Origin: Podarcis gaigeae
Lineage: Eukaryota
Direction: 5' to 3' (one strand)
NCBI GenBank assembly: GCA_964106915.2
Contig: OZ066920.1
DNA length: 64,000 bases
Part shown: positions 35,312 through 47,773 of the stretch, one piece after another
Layout of the letters: each line of letters begins with the position of its first letter
How positions within the stretch are numbered: the stretch's first letter is position 1
The notes under the pieces: generated by a model
Told to the model about the DNA's origin: nothing
Database searches by the model: none
What the model saw: only the letters and a program-made list of their open reading frames with translations
Position numbers and translations under genes: made by a program

Positions 35312-37609
35312 TAGCTTCTTGTGGTAGCAAGTCCCATATAACTATGCACAGTATGAAGAAGTACTATAATTTCTTTCTTCTGCAAACATGATTTTCCTCA
35401 AAGCTACCAAGAGAATAGAGGGCTAAACGTACGGTACTTAGAACCCAGTTCTCAGAAATAGGAGGAATGGTTGATCCCTGATATGAGCCAATCCTGGCCA
35501 CCCAAAGTCCACCTAGGGCACTTTTAAAAGCGCCATAGTTTTAAAAAATGAAATAAAATACATGGAAAGCACATCTTTTGCATGCAACCTATATATTTTA
35601 TTTGCTGAAAGCATTTTTAGCTCAGTCTTCATCGCAGAGCAATTTCAGAGCAGGTTGCACTGAAAATCCTTTTTGATCTTTTACGAGTACATAAAAGCAA
35701 CAATATACCAAGATAAGCTAAATTACAGCCACATCAAATACTGATTTTGCAGTGATGAGGGCAGACCTGAACACTTGCCCCATGTGCTTGAGATGTCCAG
35801 TTATGTAATTCCAGGATATGTGTTGAAAAGCAAACATATATGGAGCACTGCATGTGATAATTTGCCTGAAGTGTGCAGCTATATCTGTACACACAACAAA
35901 TGTTTTGCAGACAGGAAAACATTAATGCCTAGCCAGCAAGCAGGTGGTGATTAGAGGCAGGTTTCCCAAACTATGGTTTCTGGTGTTTCCCTGGAGCACA
36001 CGTGCAAACTAAAGTCCATGGGATTAAAACCGCAATACAAAAACATGCAAGCAAAAGAAACAAAAGTAATAAAATACAATTATTTTATTATATCTTACAA
36101 GAAGCAACTTGGGTTGTACCCTGAATTGGCGACACTCATTTTAGAATAACAAGAAGTCAAGGCTTCAGTGTCATTAGCCAAAGTGTGGAATACTGTGCCA
36201 ACAGAGATTCAGCATATGCCTTCTGTGCCAACTTATAAACACCTGCCAAAAACTTTTCTATTCCATCAGGCCTATCTATACAATAATTAAGAACACATAT
36301 TTCCAAAATAGTTACACGATTTTTGATTTCAACTTTGTTAAATGATTTTAATTTTATGGTTTTACATACCAGAAACTGCTCTAATATATTTTTTTTATGA
36401 ACAGTGGTTTATAACTTTGTTACATAAATAAATAAATCATAAATAAATAAAAAATTAAAATAACAGAGCATTTAGCATAGCGCATTCCAATCGCTCCAGC
36501 AGGCAGAAAAATCATTAAGTGATCTGCCAAGGCCCTAAGCAATTTTAGAATTGTCTGTTGGGGGAGAGGGGGAACCAGTGGAAAAGAGCATATTCAAAAC
36601 GTGCTCAAGCTCAGACTTTGCCCAATGTCCAGAGGGGGCAGAAATGTATTCTGTAACTTTGGAAACCACTAAGAACAGCTCTCCTTCCATTGGCTCCTCC
36701 TTGGTTCCAGTGTGGAAGCAGGGTTTGGGGTATACTTCATAGGTAAGCCTGTCAATTGTAAAAAAAATCAACTTCTTTTTTAAACGGACGGCGAAATGCC
36801 ATTCTTTCAGTCCGAATTTCCACTCAAGCTCTTGTCTCAGCTGTGTAGCTGGTGGAAAAATCAACCAGAGGCTTTCTACTCCTAACCCCCCCACCCTTTC
36901 CAGGAATTCATTTCAGCCAAAACTCACAAAGGAGAACATGCAAAGCAAAAGCTGGCAAAGAAATGACTTGGAGCATGTGCAGAGTGCCAGCTCCTTATTT
37001 CACTACAACAAATCTCCCAGCCTAACCTTTTTATGGCTTAGCAAACGCGCCTAATCGAGACGGTGAAGTGGCCAGATAATCTCCTTTCCGGCCTACACTG
37101 GCTCCTAAAATCCGAATTCGACCCCGCCTAGCAGCCGCACCCCAGGAGGATCCAGGGGCTCAGGAGAGGCAGGAGGGCAGCTCCCCTCCTTCAATCAAGT
37201 AAATCAATAAAAATAGTTAACTAATTGAGGTTCCTCCCCCCGCGCGCAACATAAATCCTGGCTACGCCCATTGCACTCTGCACATGCTCGGAAGGCACAC
37301 CTCGCCCCCGGGGCTGAGTCCTGGTTGGAGGCGCAAAGCAGATTCCGGCTCCTGCAGCGTCCGGCTCCCCCCCCCACTCCCCCCCCCACAAAAACCCCTC
37401 CCGGGCGGGGGAGGAGGCGTATCCAGCGCGGGGAGGGGCGTGTCGTGTCGCGGGGCGTGTCCGGGCCGGGCTGTGGCCTCCCTTGCAGCCAGCGCCGCGC
37501 CGCAGACGGCCAGAGGGAGCTGCGCCGGGCTGGGCTGTGCGCGCTGCGCGAGGGACTCGCCTGGGCGGAGCGGGCGCGCGCTTGGCTCCGGGGCCGCCGC
37601 TCGCTCGCT

Positions 37610-37952
37610 ATGAATGCGGCCCGGGCTCTGCTCTCCGCCGTGTTCCTCGCCTGCTTCTTCTGGGGGGATCTGCCCTGTTGCCAGCAGGCCACCATCCCCG
37701 CCGACGACGCGCCCAGCGAGCCTCTCCGGGAGTCCCACCAGGGCATGCGGAGCCCACAGGACGGCCAAGCCGCCGCCGCCGCCCGGAAGGGACCGTCCGC
37801 CTGGGCCCCGCCGCCGCGAGTAGAGCCCCACGAGTACATGCTCTCCCTCTACCGGACCTACTCCATCGCAGAGAAGCTGGGCATCAACGCCACCTTCTTC
37901 CAGTCCTCCAAAGCCGCCAACACCATCACCAGCTTCGTGGACAGGGGGCGAG
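37610..37952 (+). CDS. GDF6: GDF6 coding exon 1 (signal peptide and N-terminal prodomain)
   Basis: Translation [13 protein letters not shown]...[43 protein letters not shown]|gtaag phase-1 donor. Confidence 0.95.
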
Positions 37953-37996
37953 GTAAGCCGACGGGGCGCAGCCGACGGGCAGCTTCTTCGGGAGGG

Positions 37997-38103
37997 TTCC
38001 CCGGGCCCGATCCACCTTCTGACACTTCCCCGGGCCCGATCCACCTTCTGACCCTTCCCCGAGCCCCATCCACCTTCTGACACTTTCCCGGGCCCGATCC
38101 ACC
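37997..38103 (+). repeat. 29-bp minisatellite (about 3.7 copies)
   Basis: Unit ttccccgggcccgatccaccttctgacac. Confidence 0.9.
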
Positions 38104-41100
38104 GTCTCCTCCTCCCTCCCCCCCCCGAAATATCTCTTCTCCCCGCACCATCTTCTCTCCTTACAGCCTGCAGCCCCTCCGTTCCCTCCTCCCAAAACGG
38201 GCACCGATCCGACCGCACTCCCCCGGCTTCTCCGTCATTCCTTCAAGCTCTCGAATCCCTCTCAGCTCCTGTGCATAGCTGTCAACTTTCCCCTTTTTTT
38301 TAAAGGGAAATCCCCTTATTCCGAATAGGATTCCTCGCAAGAAAAGGGAAAAGTTGACAGCTGTGCTCCGCCACCAGCATCCTTCTGGAGTTCAGTTTGA
38401 ATAGGAGGTCCCACACGCGTTTCGATGTGAACACACACACTCCGGAACACTTGCACTGGAGTAGCACGTGCCTTGCTTGGATGGGGGACCCCCTCCGCCT
38501 TTCTGCGCGCTTCGTGGGGCGTCTGCCCCTTCGACTCTGGTGGGTCCCTCCAAAGAGTCCAAGGCGCACAAGAGGCTGGGGCGCCCCTTTGAGAAAGCGG
38601 CGTCTGGTGGTCTCCACCGGGGGATCGCCGTTGGGTTGGGGACAAACGCTCGCGTTTGGTTTCTCCGTTGCGCCGGCGTCTCAGAAATAAACAGGGAAAG
38701 GAGAGCTCTGTTTCTGGAGCAAGTTTTCTCCCTTCTCTCTGCTGTCTTGCCTCTGCCAAACTTGATCCAACCTTAAAGCGCCCGGACTTCGACGGAAGCG
38801 CCTCTCTCATCTGCCAGAAATGTTTCGCAGGCTTTTTCCCCCATCGGGATGAGCTGCAGTTCTGGGTCGCGTTTTTTTTTCGGTGCTCTGTTAGGAAGCC
38901 GTTTCTACGGGAATTATTCTGTTCGGTGGATTAAAAGCGCAGCGGAATCCGGAGTAATCCGAAGGCGGGTGGGGATGTGTCTGTGTGTTCGCGGCCCCCG
39001 GTTTCCTTGTGGAAATCCAGAGCCAGGGGAGGGGGGGGGGTTATCCTCCCACCGGGCCCGATTTTGTATGAAACAAATTAAGGAGCGGGGGGAATTGTTC
39101 TTTTTCGGTCAGTTTCCAATAAAACTTTGCGAGGATCAGCGCTTGTTCGGTTCTAACAGCCAGGAAGGCGCGCCTCAGCTCCCACAGAATCAGAATCATT
39201 TAGCCACAATGAATATTAAAACCGGTGCAAAATAAAAAGGACCTTCAACCCCATTTGGCACGCGGTTACTGCTGAGTAAATCCCACCGGGTTGAATAGGG
39301 CTCCCTCCCTAATGCATGGCAGCCTCCGTGGGAATCCGCCGCCCCATACACATACCTCGTATCTTTTCCACAAAAACCCGCCATCTCCACTTTAAAAAAA
39401 CCCACAAAAACCTAAACAAACAAATCTGGGTACAATCGCAGCATCTTCAGGTCGAGCTAGATCTCGGGATCTCCTAAAGATCGCTTCACCACCCACCCAC
39501 ATCCTTGTAGGTGATGCGCTTCTCTAAGCCTTTAAGCTTTCCGAAATCTCTGAGGATCCTTCTGGGGATCATAAATGATCCATAAATATGACTGTAAATT
39601 CGGTCATTCCCACATTCTTCCCTCCTTCTCTCACGCCCCCCCCCCCCCATTTAGCACGCTCTTTCCCCAAAGTCAGGTCTCGACCCACATCCTTGTTCAG
39701 GTCTCCCTGCCTGCCTCGTCCGGGCCCTTTGCGCGCAGCGGCTGCCCTCCTAACCGAGCCAGGGGCGGGTTCTTGAGCCTTGGAGGGAGCAAACATCAAA
39801 ACCGCCGGCTGCAAATGGTAGCTGATTCCCTCCCGCTAAAAAAAGAGCAAAATAGAAGGAATGAACTAAAAGCTTGCGCTTCGTTTCAAAAGATCAGAGT
39901 AGCTCCCCTGTCCTTTAAAGGTCTCTGCCCCAAGGAGATGGGGACGCCAGCAATTAATGAGGGGGGGGCTTGAAACACCCCCTCAACCCACATAACAACC
40001 CCGAGACCGACTAATGAGGCATGGACACTTTCCAGGCATTGTTCAGCGTTTTCCTATATGCTCCATGGCCATCTTTATCCTCCTGGAGTAAATTGTTTCT
40101 TCTGTTTTTGTTTTTTAAAACGTTATTTATTTTCCTACTGGGAGATTTTAACTTACAGTACTTTCCCCCCCTCCCCGGGGTTTAAACTGTTTACACCCCC
40201 CATTTTTCCTTTCTCTCTCCCCCACCCCCAAATCCCGGCTCCTTACCAGCCGTTGCTCCCTACCTTACAGGTATCTCGCAGCCTGTCTTCAGGTTTAAAT
40301 CTATTGCCGCCTTATTGCTTCGAAGGGCAATCGGAAAGTGAATAGGAAGAGGCGATTCCCTTCCATTCTCGCGGCAAGACCGCAAGCTTAACATGAGTCA
40401 GAGATTCGTAAGGTAGCTTTCACTGGGGAAGGGGAGCCCAGGAGATTACTCTCATCTGCGGTTCACGGAAAGAGTTAACCGCGCTTCTACTTGCGCCTCT
40501 TCCTCCGCCGGCCCCCCCCCCCCCCCAGAACGAGAGATTGATGCTAGGCATATTTGAAACACTGTTCTCGGATGGGTTATCCGTTTGCTCGTTCGTTGAG
40601 AAGCAATCCTTCTAAAGGAGGCCTTAGCTGGCAGCCTCGGTTAAAAATAGCTGGTCGGTGGCACCTGAACGGCTTCTTAATTCTCCATTCTCGCTCGCCA
40701 CCCCACCAAGAATGGGTTTCTAAGGAGAGGAGGGGAGAATAGGGTGCTATCTGATTTTAAAAGAGATTATCTCGCTTCTCAGCTAGGAAACGGGCCCCCA
40801 CCTTTCCTTGATGTTTTTTATGTGGTTTGTTTCAAAAACCACAAGCAACTTGGGACACACCTCTCCAGTTTAAATCGCTGCCTTCTAAACAAAAGGGATA
40901 GGAAGGGGGACAGTTTGCAGGCTACAGAGGACCCTGAAAACGTGACTCCAAAGATGGATCTCACTTTGCCCTCCTGGGAGATTTTTCTCCGAGGGAAGGC
41001 GGGCGATGGTGGCAGAGCAAACGGGAGAGCAATTCCCCCAGGAGGAGCCATGGTTTGGTGAAGAGGCGGGGGTGAGGAGGAGGAGGAGGAGGAAAGTATT

Positions 41101-42452
41101 CGTCGTCGTCCCCACCGCCGTCCCCATTGATTTTGATTTGATGTGTCACAGGCTGTGACCTCGTGCTGGACCTTCTGAGGGTTGCTTAGCATCAAGCCCC
41201 TGATTGGAGTAGTTCAACTCAGTGATCTAATTGAGTGTTCATGTCATAACATATCAAAGATTGTCTAGTCTCCCATAATGAAGGCGGGCCAGCCAATGGC
41301 GCACCCTCGACGGGGAGGACTTCAAGAGAACTTCCGTTCCTCTGAAGTGGCAGGCGACCCCCGCTTGGGCTCCCCCCTTTTTCTTTTTCAAAGCCCACCT
41401 CCCTGTGGGCTCCCCGCTCCCCCCGTCCTCCGGTTAATTGCTGAGATGGGCTTATGCAGCAGCAGCAGGAGCAGCTCCGGAGCACTCCTCTCCAAAGATT
41501 TGCAGGACTCCTGCCCGACGCGCAGCTACAGACTTTCCATTTCCCTAACGCGGAATAATTCTCCTCCAAGCCCTCCCTTAAGGATCGCCGCGGTCTTGGC
41601 TCCCCTGGTCAATATCACTTTAAACGAAAAGGCAGTAGAGTGGCTGGAATGGCTTTATTTTTTATTTTTATAGAAATCGACGCTCCCACGAATCCCACCC
41701 ACCTTTCTTCTTTCACTCTGCTGGAGACTAGGGTGATTTATTGTGGATCTGGCTAAAGAAACTGTTCTCTTTCTCCCAAGTCATTATAAGTAACGCGGAG
41801 TGATGGGGTTCTTCTCTGCTTTCAGCTGAGCTTGGAGCGAAGAGAAGCGATCCTAAGTCTCGTCTCTCCTCCCAGCGCAGCGTCCCATGAGGGCCAGAGA
41901 GAGTCATAATACACACTCAGGAGTGCGCCCGAGCCATCCTTTCCACGGGGATAAATCCAGAGTGATTTCGGCTGCAAATCGATGGAACCTGCGTAGATCT
42001 AGGATGGCACGGTTAGGACTTCGCTGGTGGTTTTTAGAAGGGCGTTACTTAAAAAAAATAACACCCCGTAAAAAAAAAGAAACCCTCCTCCTTCCGTGCA
42101 GAACTTTCAGAATAGTTTATTAATCGGAGAGGGCTCCGCTGGCTCACATGCTTTATTATTTTTGTTGTTGCGTGTTAGGGGGGAAAGTGGGGGATAGTTA
42201 GCATTAACTCCTCCCCCCTTACCATAAAGCCCGATTACCCCCCCCTTTCACCACTCCTCCCAGTTATGGTCGCAAGATCAGACAGGACCTCGCTGTATGT
42301 AGGAAAATTACTGTTGGCGCATGAAGTAAACTCATTAAAACGCAGATGGTGCTTGGCTCGCTCGCTCCGCCGCCGCCGCCCTCCCTCTCCCCACGTTCAG
42401 AAACCCCACAATAAAGCAGAACAATTAGGATTGAGGGGTGAACCGCAAAGGC

Positions 42453-42453
<1 letters not shown>

Positions 42454-42483
<30 letters not shown>

Positions 42484-42510
42484 CTTCTTCTTCTTCTTCT
42501 TCTTCTTCTT
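42454..42510. repeat. (CTT)n microsatellite
   Basis: A pure cttcttctt run. Confidence 0.95.
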
Positions 42511-45500
42511 TCCTTGAGAACTCTTTAGACATTCTTGGGCGGAAAAAATCCCATTTAGTTCTATGAGGGCTCAGAGCTCAGGCTCTGGGGTGAGAAATCG
42601 GCAGGCCTGCTTGAGAGCGAGTGATTGCTGTGATTTACTACCCGAGGAAGATGAAAGGCAGGTGAGGCTCAGGGGTTTGAAGAAGGGCTTGGGAATCCCA
42701 GGATTTGTGGAAGGCGAGGGAAGTGCAGGCAGGCAGTCTCTTAAACGCTTGGCATATTCTTGACCAGGGATATGCTAAAAACAAGCGGCAGGGCTGCAGG
42801 TTGGAAACAGTGGAAGCTTGCGGGTGTTGGGAATGCCCACTGACACGACGTCCATAAGGCATTTCTTTCCACGGAGTTCACACGTGCCTGGCGCATCAGA
42901 AATAAGGCTTGCTTGGAAGAAAGCAACCGCGACTGTGACTTTAGTTTCTCACGGCGCAGCCGAAGTCCGTGAGTTCCGTCGAACTGATTTCCTCGTAAGG
43001 CTGGAAAGCACGCTGCGTGGTTTCAAAAACAAGTAAACCTGCTCACGTGTGAATTGGCCAATGCGTGTGGATTAGCAGCAACAGTTTTGTAAGTGGCTAC
43101 GCTCCCTGCGTCTCTGCTTTCTGCGCTTCGTTTCATTCTGACTTCGCTGTTGCTTCTTTCTAACGCACTCCTTCCACGTGTATGTATTCCTGTAACTGAC
43201 GATAGCACGCTACACTCCGTGCATCTGGCCGAGTGCATCCTAGCTCGCGGAAGCTTATGCCACTTCAATACATATCTGTATTTGTATTCAAGGCGCTGTC
43301 TTGATTACAGTCGTGAATCTCCGTTTTGGAGCACGGTTCTCTCTGCCTCGCTGAGTTTGCCTTGGATGAGAGTCTTAAGGATTCACACGGGCTGCAGGGC
43401 AGGTCCATCTGCCGTGGGCACCTCCGCGTGTCTGGGATCGGGATGCCAGGCCGGGGACAGGAAGATCCGCAGGTTTCAGCAAAGGGACCGAGAGGGCTGA
43501 GCGTCGCAAGACCCTTTTCATAAGCAGGACACTAAAAAAAACACCCCAGCTTCTTTGAGGCTCCCCTTCCGTTCCAAGGACGGTGTCCAATATTCGCCCT
43601 ACTCAGAGTAGACCCATTGAAGTGAATAGATCTGACCAATTTAGGTTCCTTAATTCCAGGTCTTCTCTGGGTTGGATTTGGATACAACCCCTTGTGTACC
43701 ACATGCAGACCCTGCACAAAGCAGAAGAGAAGTGGACCGCGTGTTTGACCATCTTTTACACCTGAGTATTTTATCCTCGGGGGTCACCAAGGTGGCGCCC
43801 CCATGTGCTGTTAGACTCCAACTCTCATGGCCCAATGGTGAGAGTCGCAGTCCAACAGCATCTGTAGGTCACCATCCGTGGTAACCCTGCTGTGAGGCCT
43901 CTTGTAGCCTCTCCCTCTGAATCGGAGGACACGCGTGTGAATGTTGGAGAACTGGGAAGGGAAATGGAGTTTGTTTTTTAAGGTTTAAGCAAACAGCAGC
44001 AGTGGGAGACTCCCTGCCTCTGCCCGTTTACCCGGAGGTAAGTCCCACTTGCCCCTCAGTAGGTGGACTGGGGCATCAAGCGTCACGTGTGAACACTGCC
44101 CACGTGCTGGCTTTACATTGCTGCTGGTGTGGAACTTGAGGAAGATGCTGGTTTTGAAGCCTTGAGGTGGGTGGGTGTATCTCTTTCTCTCGCGCGTGTG
44201 TTTCCAAATTAGTGGCGATATTTCCTGCAAAAAGAAGGAGAAGGCAGGCAAGCAGGCCGCAAAGCGCGGCTGTGCTGGAGCTGGGCATCTCCCTCCGTTC
44301 TTCGTAGACGCGTCTTTCATATCCCTCGGGGGGATTTGCGGGTAGGCGAGAGGGAAGGGAAGTTTTTCGAGGGGCGGGGAGGCCCGCAGTTCAAAAACAA
44401 CCCCTGCGGGGTGGGAAGCAGGGCTGGTCTGCCACGGCTGAGGAATGCGGGTCCCTCTGGCAGCTCCTTTCGGGCTGCGTGTTGACGGAAAGCGGCGGGT
44501 TTCTAGGTGGGACCATCCGCCGGCCGGCCGGGGCGAGGGAAGCGCAATCCGGGCCGCGCCTTCGGGGCTGTGTTGTGGTTGGCGAAAGCCGAATGAAATA
44601 CAAGCAGGGAAGTATTTTAATGGGGAAGAAGGGAATTCACCGCTTTTAATGATGGGGCGACCTTGTATTCGATTTGTTTGAGCCCCTTATAAAAAACAAA
44701 ACAAAAACAACAAACCGCTAATGCAGACCAGACGGACGGAGCGACGGAGCCCCGCAGACGGTTCCAATCTGCGCTCCCTGGCCCAGCAAAGAGGTAGAAG
44801 ACCCGGGATGAAGGGAGGGGAACTAGCCTGGGGGTCCTTCTCCCCCCGCCCCCCCCCCAGCAAGCCAGCACTAAACTGAGTTGGAGGCATATTGTCTGGA
44901 CGCAGGAAACGCCTGGGATGAGGACAGTACAGTTGTGTCCCCCTCCTAAGCATGTTTACTCCGGAGTAATCCCTACTGAGTTCAGTGGTACTCCCAAGAA
45001 AGCGCCTAACTTTAAGATGCCGCCCTAGACAGACTTATTTCGGAAGAAGCCTCGCTGAACTCGGTAGGACGCTTTTTTCCCTTTCTTTGGGAAGGGAGCG
45101 CAAGCGAGCGGACACATCTGGTTAGGTGTAGGGGCGGGGAATTAAATAACTTGTTTGCAACGAATGTCTGCAGGGTTTAGAGGCGTTTGGCAGGCACCTC
45201 TGGTGAGATCGGGAGGGCTTGGATCCAAATTGCTCTGTGTTACTCTTTGACGGTATTGGTCTGGGATCACTCCAGGCCTGTTGTTCCGGGGAAGGAGATT
45301 TGTAAGTCTAAGCCCGAGGCAACCTGATTTTGTATTTCTTTTTTATTTTAAGGGGGAAGCGCGGTAGGGGATCGTACAGCCACGTGGCTCGTGGTACAGT
45401 ACTTATTTATGTATCCAAAACTTTGCTTGCCTTTCGGATTCTGCTCTGGGGATTGAATCCACCACAGTACTGGGAAGCGGTGAGACGTAGAGGATAAGAG

Positions 45501-45832
45501 AGGCGAAAACGCAGCACTTTACGCAGGGAGGAGGTTGGTTTCTTCATTGTAACATCCGTCTGTCCAGTAGCATCGCAATAGCTGGCCTTGATTCGGATTG
45601 GCCTAGGACCTCAGTTTGGAAGATTTCTCGCTCCCGAGTTCTCATTATGATGTAAACTGGGTGTGTTCGTGGAAATGTCTTTCCACAAAGGAAGCGCAGG
45701 TGCTCCAAGGAAAACAGCCCCGCCCTAGGAGCCCTAGAGCTTGCTGGCGGGAGGGCACTATATCTCCTGCGTCTCCCTTGGGGATTTCGCTGGCACATAG
45801 GCTTGGGAACAGAATGCTGATCGTAGGAATTT

Positions 45833-45985
45833 CATAGAATCGCAGGGTTGAAAAGTACCCCCAGGGGTGATCTAGTCCAATCCCTTGCAATGGAGGAATC
45901 CCTGACAGAGGGCCATCCAACCTCTGTTAAAAAACTTCCCACGAAGGAGAGTCCATCGCCTTTCGAGTGGTAGTTTGATATTGCC
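45833..45985 (-). mobile_element. CR1 LINE 3' fragment
   Basis: catagaatc...tctagtccaatcccttgc...ccatccaacctctgttaaaaacttcc...gaaggagagtcca. Confidence 0.65.
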
Positions 45986-46249
45986 GAGGTCTTTGGACTG
46001 TCGTAGCCTGCTGCTGTTTATGGAACCGGTTTTTATACATCAGAAACCACGGAAGAAGTTTGTTGTGGGAGGAAGCAGCAAGCCAACAAGCAAATATATA
46101 CAGTATTATGATCACACGCCTTAATGTTTCAGTGGTTTTCATAATGCGCAATATAAATTAATAATAATTATAATATGGTCACCTGCATCGACGTTGAAGT
46201 GCCTTTCTATATTCTGTAAACCGCCCAGAAGCCTATTTTTTGGCATGAA

Positions 46250-46375
46250 GCGGTACGGTAGGGCATGAGACTCCTAATTTCGCGATGGTGGGTTGAAGAC
46301 CCACATTGGACAAAAAGATTTCTGCATTGCAGGGGTTTGACTAGATAATCCTCGGGATCCCTTCCAACTCTGTGA
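46250..46375 (+). mobile_element. tRNA-Lys-derived SINE with CR1 tail (degenerate)
   Basis: ggtagggcatgagactcctaat...gggtt...ctgcattgcaggggtttgactaga...ccttccaactctgtga. Confidence 0.6.
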
Positions 46376-47681
46376 TAATGAAATAAATGTAATAACAACA
46401 ATGCTGTTTCTTGCCTCAGCCTCAGACCTGTGCTGACTTACCTGGGAATAAGCCCCACTGCCATTAATAGAACTTCTGAGTATTATTTTTATTTTAAATT
46501 TGTACACCGCCTTTCATCCGAAGATCCCCCGGCAGTTCACAATAGGAAGAAAACCAAACAAGCATAAGCACGTGTGCGGGACTGCTGTGTCATATATCCC
46601 CATTCACTCTCAGATGAGCTTCCTGGGCTCAGCCAAGGGGAAGTGGCTGCTCAGACTGGCTGGAATAAGCGGAATTTATCCTATCTCTCCCTTCCTTCCT
46701 TAGCGGCCCTTGGAGACCCACATTTTACGCGTGCCGGCGATAGGTGTATATCCCTCCTGAAGGAGGTCAGGACGAGAAATGCTTGTTTGAGAATTCCTGG
46801 TCCAAAGCTTTAGCCACTTCCCTAGCTGTGGAAAGGCCGTGTACATTATTTTGTGCCAGACAGTTATAGCCCTCCAGATTTTGCTGGGCAACTCCCATCA
46901 GCCCAAGGATAGCCAGTAGTCGGGGAGGTGTGATCCAACACCCACACTTTCATTTTGGTGCCTTTACTAGGTTCCTCCCTCCTCCCCTTTAAGCCTTACA
47001 ACAAGCCAGAGAGAGGAAGAAGAAATGATTAACTAGTCCACGTTTTGGGTCCAAGCACGGGGTTTGAACCCGGTTCTTTTCGCTCGAAGCCCAGCGCTGC
47101 ATCCGAAGTTGGTGCGCTGCAGATGTCCTTGGACTCCAAGTCCCGTCAGCACCAAGGAGGACGGATGATAGGAGTTAAACAACATCCGGAAGGGACTGCA
47201 GTGGCTCCCTCTCTGGACCCATCTGGCTCCAGGAAAGATGCACTTGTTCGACCTTCCGCATCCCATTGGGGATTTCCTTAGGACGGCGAGGGGCTTCGAG
47301 GCAGACTTCACCGCGCTGCCTACCTCTCCGGGTTGCTGGTGATCCTGAGTTAGAACTCTAGCTTAGGTGGCTCCATGCAGGAGAGCAGGGAGGGCCCGTC
47401 TCTCTTTCCATCTCCAGGGCGAACCCGGGCACCTCTTCCTACCTATCGCCGCCACAACAGTATGTTTGTGTGTGTTGGGAAGGATGTGGAGAGAGAGAGA
47501 GAGAGAGAGAGGTAACAAAAGGGAAAGGGGAATTATTTCACGCGCTGCTGAATCTCCTTGGTCTGTTTGCTGGGTTCAAGGGGCCTGACTCTCTCACCAT
47601 CTTGGGGAAACCAAAGCTGCTCCAGTCATCAGATGTGGAAGCTGAATAGACACAGCTATTCTCCCTCTCGGCCTTCCTAGC

Positions 47682-47773
47682 CATGGGAGTAGCCAGGATT
47701 TTTGTTTGGGGGGGGGGGGACTCAGAACCTCAGTTTTGTATTGACATTGACACCCCCCTTAGCTACGCCCATG
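47682..47773. mobile_element. Short hAT-like MITE
   Basis: TIRs catgggagtagc / gctacgcccatg. Confidence 0.6.

Larger units (their letters stand above)
37040..39100 (+). promoter_or_regulatory. GDF6 promoter / exon 1 CpG island
   Basis: Very high GC and CpG content, with GC boxes (gggcgggg, ggggcgtg) upstream of the ATG at 37610. Confidence 0.85.

Noticed and set aside
37271-37609. 113-codon in-frame open extension upstream of the GDF6 ATG
   Set aside because: It has no in-frame ATG and is GC-rich sequence that can lack stops by chance. The signal peptide and recognisable homology begin at 37610.
37997-38103. CRISPR-like 29-bp repeats
   Set aside because: The units are contiguous with no spacers, in a vertebrate genome with no cas genes.
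37204-38218. Long antisense or alternative-frame ORFs over GDF6 exon 1 (and similar ones at 59818-60956)
   Set aside because: These are shadow ORFs of GC-rich coding and CpG-island sequence.
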